64,000 nucleotides of DNA from positions 603,531 through 667,530 of the forward strand of contig JAWKIO010000005.1 in NCBI GenBank assembly GCA_041394265.1. Direction: 5' to 3'. Source of the stretch: Acidimicrobiales bacterium. GTDB lineage: Bacteria; Actinomycetota; Acidimicrobiia; Acidimicrobiales; SZUA-35. The stretch's first letter is position 1. Each line of letters begins with the position of its first letter. Shown here in pieces: positions 57,531 through 64,000 of this stretch. A model generated the notes under the pieces. The model had not been told where the DNA came from. It ran no database searches and was given only the letters and a program-made list of their open reading frames with translations. The position numbers and the translations under genes are program-made.

Positions 57531-58310
57531 CTAGATGACCTTGAGGTTTTCGAGGAACGCCACGATCTTCAGGTGGGCCTCGCCGTCGTCTTCGATGATG
57601 TCGCCGGCTTCACGCACGGGCGCCTGGGCGACATCGATGATCTCCTGGCCCGACCCGGCCCAACCGACGGCGTCGGCGTCGAAACCGAGGTCGGATGCCG
57701 ACTTCTCGTCGACCGGCTTGGACTTGGCCGCCATGATGCCCTTGAAGGACGGATAGCGGGGTTCGACGACACCGGCGGTGACGCTGATGACGGCGGGCAG
57801 CGGGCACTCGACGTCGTCGTAGCCGGCGTTGGTCTGACGCTGCACCTTGATGGCGCTGCCGTCGACCTCGACGGACTTGGCGGCGGTGACCGACGGGAGG
57901 TCGAGCACCGCAGCGATCATCTCGGGCACGGTGCCGGTGTAGCCATCGGAGCTCTCGGAGCCGGCGATGACGAGATCGGGCGACTGGTCGCGGATGGCGG
58001 CAGCCAGGATCTTGGCGGTCGTGAGGGCGTCAGACCCCACGAGCTCGGGATCGCTGATGAGCGTGGCCGACGCCGCGCCCATGGCGAGCGCCGTGGCCAG
58101 GCCGGACCGCTCCCCGTTGGGAGCCATCGACACCAGCGTGACTTCGCCCTCACCGGCGGTATCGACCAGCTGCAGCGCCATTTCGACGCCGTAGCTGTCG
58201 GACTCGTCGAGGATGAGCTTCACATCCCGCTTGAGCGTTCGGGTTTCAGGATCCAGGGCGCCGGGATCGGCGGGGTCCGGGATCTGCTTGACACAGACGA
58301 CAACCTTCAT
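57531..58310 (-). CDS. etfB: Electron transfer flavoprotein beta subunit
   Basis: VVCVKQIPD, ALAMGA, GSD, EPRYPS and GIMAAK motifs. Confidence 0.95.
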   Translation of the reverse strand: MKVVVCVKQIPDPADPGALDPETRTLKRDVKLILDESDSYGVEMALQLVDTAGEGEVTLVSMAPNGERSGLATALAMGAASATLISDPELVGSDALTTAKILAAAIRDQSPDLVIAGSESSDGYTGTVPEMIAAVLDLPSVTAAKSVEVDGSAIKVQRQTNAGYDDVECPLPAVISVTAGVVEPRYPSFKGIMAAKSKPVDEKSASDLGFDADAVGWAGSGQEIIDVAQAPVREAGDIIEDDGEAHLKIVAFLENLKVI

Positions 58311-58445
58311 GCCGGGCATCGTAGGCCGCTCCTTGACCAAGCGGTCAAGCCGGATCGATGTGAACTTTGTCTGACTCGACCGGCGGAGCGAGATGGGCGA
58401 CGACGCCTGCACGTTCGGCCAGCACCGCTGGTTTAGAGTTGGCCG

Positions 58446-59384
58446 GTGCGACTGTCCCTGATCATCAATCCCGCCGCGTCGTCGGTGTCGGCCCGGAGCC
58501 GGGTGATCATCCAGAAAGGACTGTCGTCGAAGCACGAGCTCACGGTCCACGAGACCTCTCGTCAGGGTCACGCCACGCGGCTCGCCCATCGGTCGATGAA
58601 GGAGGGAGCCGACGTCGTCGTCACCCTCGGCGGCGACGGCACGGTCAACGAGGCGGTGAACGGCCTGCTCGGCACCTCGACCGCCGTCGCCCCTTTGCCC
58701 GGCGGCTCGACCAACGTCTTCGCCCGAGCCATCGGCTATCCGAACAATGCCGTCGAAGCCACGAAGGTGCTGCTGGCGAGCCTCGAGACGCCTGAGACCC
58801 GGGCGCGTTCGATCTCCCCTGGCAGCGTCGGCATCGCCAACGATCGCGCCTTCGTCTTCCACGTCGGCGCGGGCTTCGACGCCGCGGTGGTGACCCGAGT
58901 CGAGCGTCGCTCGCCGTTGAAGAAGTACGCCGGGCACCCGTGGTTCATTGCGAGCGCGATCGCCACGTTGACCTCCGAGCAGCAGCGACAGCTCTCGTTG
59001 GCCGTACGGACCGACGACGGCCGCCTCCTCACCGACGCCAAGATGGCGGTGGCCCTCAACGTGAACCCCTACACCTTCCTCGGCAACACCCCGATCAGCC
59101 TGGCGCCCGAGGCCGGGCTCGACCAGCCGCTGTCATTGGTGGCCACCACCTCGCTGGCACTGACCAAGGTCCTCCCGGGCATCAGCTCGACCCTGCGCCG
59201 CAGCACGCAAGGCCTGCCCAGCAGCGGACCGTTCGCCCACTGGCCCGGCGTGCAGGGGGCCTACATCACCTCGACGCAACCGTTCACCTACCAACTCGAC
59301 GGCGAACCCATGCCGCCGGTGACGAGTCTGCGGCTCGCCAACCGCCCGACCGCGGTCCGCTTTGTCCTCCCGCTCGCCGACTGA
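58446..59384 (+). CDS. Diacylglycerol/lipid kinase family protein
   Basis: INPAA, GGDGTVNE, PGGSTNVFAR and QLDGE motifs. Confidence 0.92.
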   Translation: MRLSLIINPAASSVSARSRVIIQKGLSSKHELTVHETSRQGHATRLAHRSMKEGADVVVTLGGDGTVNEAVNGLLGTSTAVAPLPGGSTNVFARAIGYPNNAVEATKVLLASLETPETRARSISPGSVGIANDRAFVFHVGAGFDAAVVTRVERRSPLKKYAGHPWFIASAIATLTSEQQRQLSLAVRTDDGRLLTDAKMAVALNVNPYTFLGNTPISLAPEAGLDQPLSLVATTSLALTKVLPGISSTLRRSTQGLPSSGPFAHWPGVQGAYITSTQPFTYQLDGEPMPPVTSLRLANRPTAVRFVLPLAD

Positions 59385-59424
59385 GCTGGGTCGTCGAGCC
59401 GTTGCGGGTTGTCGATCCGGCTCG

Positions 59425-60201
59425 TCAGCGACGACCCAACGCCGACAGCGCTCCTGCCGGATCGTTGGTGATGACGCCGTCGACGCCGAACCGATCGAGC
59501 TCGACGATGCGCTCGGGGTCATCGACGGTCCAGGTGTAGACATCGAGACCGGCCTCGTGGGCCCGGTCGACGAAGGCCTGATCGACGAGCAGGTCGTGCG
59601 GGTTGATCGCAGCGAGCTCGTGGGCTTGGGCCCGAGCGATGATCTGGCGGGGATCGGCCTGACCGAAGGTCAACCAGGCCAAGGGGATGGTCTCGTCGGC
59701 CTCGCGAATCCGCAGGATCGTCGCCATGTCGAATGAGGAGATCAACACTCGGTGGGCCGCCGAGAAGGCGGCGACCAAACCGGCAACGGCGATCGAGATG
59801 CCGAATTCGGCGTCGTAGTCCGGATCGGACGGGTGGTTCTTGATCTCGATGTTGATGAACTGCCCGGCATTGCGCTCGAGGGCGTCGGCGAGCAACGGAA
59901 TCGTCTCGGGGAGGTCGGCAGCCATGGTCTCGCGGACCACCCGACCGTCGGGCAGTACCGCGTCGTGCACCACGACGAGGACGTCGTCGGCGCTGCGGCG
60001 CACATCGAGTTCGAAGCCATCGGCCCCGAGCGCCGCACAAGCCGCAAACGCCTCCTGGCTGTTCTCGGCGTGGTCGCGAGAAGCTCCTCGATGGCCGAGG
60101 ACCTTCATCAGCCCCTCGGGTGACACACCCTCGGGCACCTGACTCTCGAGGTCTCGTGGTCGATCGGACTCGGCGCCAGGTTCTGGTTGCACACTCGACA
60201 T
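59425..60201 (-). CDS. Glycerophosphodiester phosphodiesterase (alternative start 60108)
   Basis: GHRG, ENS, ELDV, HD, NIEIK, WTVDD and GVITNDP motifs. Confidence 0.92.
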   Translation of the reverse strand: MSSVQPEPGAESDRPRDLESQVPEGVSPEGLMKVLGHRGASRDHAENSQEAFAACAALGADGFELDVRRSADDVLVVVHDAVLPDGRVVRETMAADLPETIPLLADALERNAGQFINIEIKNHPSDPDYDAEFGISIAVAGLVAAFSAAHRVLISSFDMATILRIREADETIPLAWLTFGQADPRQIIARAQAHELAAINPHDLLVDQAFVDRAHEAGLDVYTWTVDDPERIVELDRFGVDGVITNDPAGALSALGRR

Positions 60202-60324
60202 CTTGACCCATCGACGCCGGTGACACCAGGGCCGATGCTGTCGGTGTCAGCGGGCCGACACCACGTCGAGGGGAGCATCGGACCGCTGGCCGTTCACCGC
60301 CGGGAAATAGTCGTTAACAAACTC

Positions 60325-60353
60325 TTTACGGGGCTCTAAGTATTCGCTACGGT
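60325..60353 (+). promoter_or_regulatory. Candidate sigmaA-type promoter of whiB1
   Basis: TTTACG-N17-TACGGT in an AT-richer patch upstream of RBS ggagga. Confidence 0.4.
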
Positions 60354-60403
60354 GCGCAACGGCAGCGACGACGAGGTCGACTGCAAACGCTGGAGGAGCA
60401 GTA

Positions 60404-60754
60404 GTGGCAATCGTCGAGTCCTGGGATGCTCACACGGCCGAACTCACCATGGGTGATCGGGTCGCTCGAAAGGTCGCCGAGCGACCTGATGCCCCACTCG
60501 ACACCAGTTGGCGCGACATCGCGTCGTGCCGCGACACCGATCCCGACCTGTTTTTCCCGGTCGGAACCACCGGACTCGCCATCACGCAGATCGAAGAAGC
60601 CAAGGAAGTCTGCCTCGGTTGCGCCGCTCAGCTGCAGTGCCTCGAGTTCGCCCTCCGTAGCAATCAGGACTCCGGCGTGTGGGGAGGCACCTCCGAAGAG
60701 GAGCGTCGCCACCTCCGCCGCACCTACCTCGGGCGTCGCCGCAGCCGCCTCTGA
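60404..60754 (+). CDS. whiB1: WhiB1/WblE-type transcription regulator
   Basis: CRDTDPDLFFPVG...AK.VC..C....QCL..AL...QDSGVWGG closely follows WhiB1. Confidence 0.88.
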   Translation: MAIVESWDAHTAELTMGDRVARKVAERPDAPLDTSWRDIASCRDTDPDLFFPVGTTGLAITQIEEAKEVCLGCAAQLQCLEFALRSNQDSGVWGGTSEEERRHLRRTYLGRRRSRL

Positions 60755-60798
60755 GCAACGCAGGGAGCGAATCTCGCTCTCCACGTCGTATGGCTCAC

Positions 60799-62262
60799 TC
60801 AGAGCGTTTCACTGAGGAGCACCTTCAGCTGGGCTACTGCGCCTTTACCTCCGCCGATCGCCGGCCGGATGGTGACGTCGCCGTGGAGTTCGCCTGACGC
60901 CAGCGTGCGCACGATGGTCAGACCGAGCCCGTTCTGACGCTCGAGATCGAAGTCGGGCGCCAGACCCACCCCGTCGTCGTGCACCCGAACGACCAGCTCC
61001 TCCGAACCGGTCTCGAGCTCCACCACCACGGTGCCACCCGTCGATCCCGGCGGGTAGCCGTGCTCGACGGCGTTCTGCAGCAGTTCGGTGAGGATCACGG
61101 CGAGCGAACTCACAGTGCTCGCCGGCAGGGTCGGACCGTCACCCACCACACGGAAGGTGATCGGCCGGTCCGGGGCCACGAGGGCCTGCTCGACCATCGA
61201 CACGATCGGACGAACGACCTCGCCGAAGGCCACGTCGTCGCCGCCCTTGCGGGCGAGGATCTCGTGGACGAGCGCAATCGATCGGATGCGGCGAACCGAT
61301 TCCTCGATGGCCGCCTTCGCCTCGACCGACTCCATTCGCCGTCCCTGCAATCGCAGCAGCGACGACACGGTCTGGAGGTTGTTCTTCACCCGGTGGTGGA
61401 TCTCGCGAATCGTGGCATCCATCGAAACGAGCAACCGCTCTTGGCGCCGCAGTTCCGACACATCGCGAATCAGCACGATGGCGCCGTCGACGGCATCGTT
61501 GTCGACCAGCGGCAACACCCGGGCCACCATCGACACCGACGGACCTCGCTCGATGTCTTCGGTGACCGGCACGCGTAGGCGGTAGGCCGTCCGCAGCGCG
61601 TCGGCCTGGAACCCCACGTCTTCGAGCTCTCGACCGATGGCGTTGGCATGGAACCCGATGCGGTGCAGGGCCGATACCGCATTCGGCGACGTGAAGACGA
61701 TGGTGCCCCGCTCGTCGAGCACCATCACGCCATCGCCGACTCGGGGCGACTGCTCGGTTTCGGCGTCTTCGTAGGCGAACGGGAACGTGCCGGCCTGGAT
61801 CATGGCAACGAACTTCTGGAACACCCCGAGATAGGTGTGCTCGAGCTCGCCCGGCATTCGAGCCCCGAGGCGCGGGGTCTCGCTGGTGAGCACGGCAATC
61901 GGGCGGCCACCGAACACGACCGGCACCGCCTGCACCGCCGCTCGCCGCCCGGCCAATGGCAGGTCGATCTCGTCATCGACTCGCTGCCCATCCGCCATGG
62001 CTGCCGCCACCAGCGGCCGATGTTCGGCCGAGATGAAGCGGCCGACGAGGTCGTCGCGGTAGAGCGTCTGGGCCGTGGTCGGCCGGATCTGACCCAAGAT
62101 CACGAACCGCTCCTCGGTGCCCTCGGCAACCCCGAACAACAGCAGGTCGGCGAAGCTCAGATCGGCCAGCAGGCCCCACGACGCCACCAGCCGGCGCAGG
62201 TGGGTCCGCTCCTCGGGTCCGAGCGAGGTGTGCTGTCGGGCGAGATCGCTGAGGCTGGCCAC
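60799..62262 (-). CDS. pdtaS: PdtaS-type cytosolic histidine kinase (GAF/PAS, HisKA_2)
   Basis: LADLSFADLLL, QIRPTTAQT, SPNAVSA.HR, EIHHRVKNNLQ, ELLQNA.EHG and GLGL motifs. Confidence 0.9.
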   Translation of the reverse strand: MASLSDLARQHTSLGPEERTHLRRLVASWGLLADLSFADLLLFGVAEGTEERFVILGQIRPTTAQTLYRDDLVGRFISAEHRPLVAAAMADGQRVDDEIDLPLAGRRAAVQAVPVVFGGRPIAVLTSETPRLGARMPGELEHTYLGVFQKFVAMIQAGTFPFAYEDAETEQSPRVGDGVMVLDERGTIVFTSPNAVSALHRIGFHANAIGRELEDVGFQADALRTAYRLRVPVTEDIERGPSVSMVARVLPLVDNDAVDGAIVLIRDVSELRRQERLLVSMDATIREIHHRVKNNLQTVSSLLRLQGRRMESVEAKAAIEESVRRIRSIALVHEILARKGGDDVAFGEVVRPIVSMVEQALVAPDRPITFRVVGDGPTLPASTVSSLAVILTELLQNAVEHGYPPGSTGGTVVVELETGSEELVVRVHDDGVGLAPDFDLERQNGLGLTIVRTLASGELHGDVTIRPAIGGGKGAVAQLKVLLSETL

Positions 62263-62286
62263 GCCGTTGAGAGTACCGTCACCGGC

Positions 62287-62955
62287 GTGACCGACCCGCT
62301 GCCGACCACACGACTCCCGCTCCTCCTGGTGCACGGGGGTCTGTACGACGACATGACGGCGGTGGCGTTCTGGACGGCGACGGGTGTCACGCCCGCGCTC
62401 GATCGACACATCGTCGTCTACACCGCCGAAGATCGGCCGGACCAGCCCTCCACCTGGTCCGACGAGGCGGGCGCGCTCGCCGAGATCATCGACCGGCAAG
62501 GCTGGCGAGAGGTCGCCGTGGTGGCAGCATCCAACGGCTGTTCGGCTGCGCTGCGCCTTGCGGTCGACCGTCCCGATCTCGTGGCTCGGCTCGTCCTCGC
62601 GTGGCCGGCCACCGCCGGCGATCCGGTCAGCGACGCATTGATCGGCCACCAGATCGACGAACTCGGACCCGAGGGCGCAACCGAGTCGCTTCTCAGCGGT
62701 CAGACGATCCGAGGACTGAGCGACGCCGAAATCGCCACGATCGACGTCGACGCCGTGGTGTGGCCCACGATCCCCGAGAACCAGTTCCACCAGGGCTCGA
62801 CCGTCAGTGCGCTGGTTGGACTCCTGCGTCGCCCGCTCCTCATGGGCGGCAGCCCCGAGGCCGTACACGCCGGCTTTGCGCCGTTCCTCGACTCGTTCGT
62901 CTCGATGTTGGTCGAGGTGTCGATCCTCGACGACGACGATCAGGCCGGACGCTGA
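62287..62955 (+). CDS. Alpha/beta hydrolase fold protein
   Basis: LLVHGG, VAASNG (nucleophile elbow) and HAGF motifs. Confidence 0.65.
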   Translation: MTDPLPTTRLPLLLVHGGLYDDMTAVAFWTATGVTPALDRHIVVYTAEDRPDQPSTWSDEAGALAEIIDRQGWREVAVVAASNGCSAALRLAVDRPDLVARLVLAWPATAGDPVSDALIGHQIDELGPEGATESLLSGQTIRGLSDAEIATIDVDAVVWPTIPENQFHQGSTVSALVGLLRRPLLMGGSPEAVHAGFAPFLDSFVSMLVEVSILDDDDQAGR

Positions 62956-62956
62956 C

Positions 62957-64000
62957 TCACACCAGCGACGCGGTTGCCAGCTCGCTCGTCATCGGCGACG
63001 CCACCATCCCGGGTTCGTAGGCCGCCCAGGCAGCAGCGAGTCGCCGGACTGCCTCTTCGATCTGCGCCGGAGGGTTGGTGTACGGGAGGCGAAGGTGATC
63101 GTCGACGTAGGACGACGAGGCGAACTCGCGACTTCCGGCCACGCTCACACCGAATCTCGCCGCAAAGCGGGCGAAGTCCGACGCCGCACCTTCCGGCAAC
63201 TCGACCCACGTCACGAGTCCGCCCCGCACCGGATGCTGGCGCCAGGTCGGGAGTTGGGCCGAGAGTGCATCGGCGAGGACACGAGAGCGGTGCTCGAGTT
63301 GCGCCACCCGGTCGGCGCGGATGCGATCGAAGTTCTCGAGGACGGCAAGCGCCATGAGTTGGGACGGCAGCGGGGCGAACAGGTCCATGGCCGCCTTGCG
63401 CGCCCGCAGTTGGTGGATGGCCTGGGCGTCGGCCCGCACCCAGCCGATACGTAGCCCGGGCCACGCCACCTTGTTGATCGAATCCGCAACGAAGTTGACG
63501 CCATCGGGGCGGCAGGCGGCCAACGGCGGCGCCACGTGGTGGTCGAAGGCCAGTGATGCCACGACCCGATCTTCGAGGAGCGGTACGCCGTAGTCGGCGG
63601 CAGCATCGGCGACGAGCGGCCGACGATGGGCAGCGAGCCGCGACCCGGTCGGATTGTGATGGTGCGGGTTGAGAGCGATCAGTGTCGGACGCAGCCGATC
63701 GATCGACGCGATCAGATCGTCGACCACGATGCCGTCGTGGTCCATTGCGACCCCGTGCACCCGAGCGCCACGCGACCGGACGAGGTCGACCAGGCCCGGC
63801 CAGGTGGTCGATTCGGTCAGCACGACATCGCCCGGGCGCACCACCAAGTCGACCAGCAGGGCCACCGCCTGCTGCGCACCGTTGGTGACCACGATCTGTT
63901 CGGCCGTAGTGGGCAGACCGTTGCGGGTGAAGTGCTCGGCGATGGCCACGCGCAGCGGAGCGAGTCCGGCCGGTTCCGACGAGTCGAGAAGCTCCGGCCG
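62957..64000 (-). CDS. MocR/GntR-family PLP-dependent regulator, aminotransferase domain (5' end outside window)
   Basis: VTNGAQQA, HHNPTG, LLEDR, SINK..WPGLRIGW and LRLPY motifs. The frame is open to the window edge. Confidence 0.85.
   Translation of the reverse strand, partial: RPELLDSSEPAGLAPLRVAIAEHFTRNGLPTTAEQIVVTNGAQQAVALLVDLVVRPGDVVLTESTTWPGLVDLVRSRGARVHGVAMDHDGIVVDDLIASIDRLRPTLIALNPHHHNPTGSRLAAHRRPLVADAAADYGVPLLEDRVVASLAFDHHVAPPLAACRPDGVNFVADSINKVAWPGLRIGWVRADAQAIHQLRARKAAMDLFAPLPSQLMALAVLENFDRIRADRVAQLEHRSRVLADALSAQLPTWRQHPVRGGLVTWVELPEGAASDFARFAARFGVSVAGSREFASSSYVDDHLRLPYTNPPAQIEEAVRRLAAAWAAYEPGMVASPMTSELATASLV

Overview
High-GC actinobacterial chromosome segment. The gene set (two WhiB proteins, PdtaS, mycoredoxin, DUF3097, an MptB-like fragment) suggests Actinomycetota, probably Acidimicrobiia; this is an inference. 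About 60 CDSs were called, mostly housekeeping or metabolic, including ETF, ferrochelatase, HelD, a type II topoisomerase pair, a GH1/LacI sugar cluster, a two-component system with DUF1800/DUF1501, and DAGK-whiB1-pdtaS. No rRNA, tRNA, transposase or CRISPR array was seen. The most notable items are: (1) a minimal type VII secretion-like locus at 457-5850, with a WXG protein, a helical partner and a candidate effector facing an EccC/EssC-like ATPase; (2) a 7 x ~95 bp tandem array filling a divergent promoter region; (3) a membrane-tailed HEPN protein; (4) a GH16 protein carrying what looks like a dead LAGLIDADG domain; (5) two paralogous RHH-like small proteins with poly-Arg tails; (6) a topoisomerase pair in A-then-B order with an EGNSA motif; (7) three unrelated tandem repeats that share C-GAA-G hairpins; and (8) a broken sugar ABC operon. 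All family assignments come from motif recognition by eye, not from database searches.
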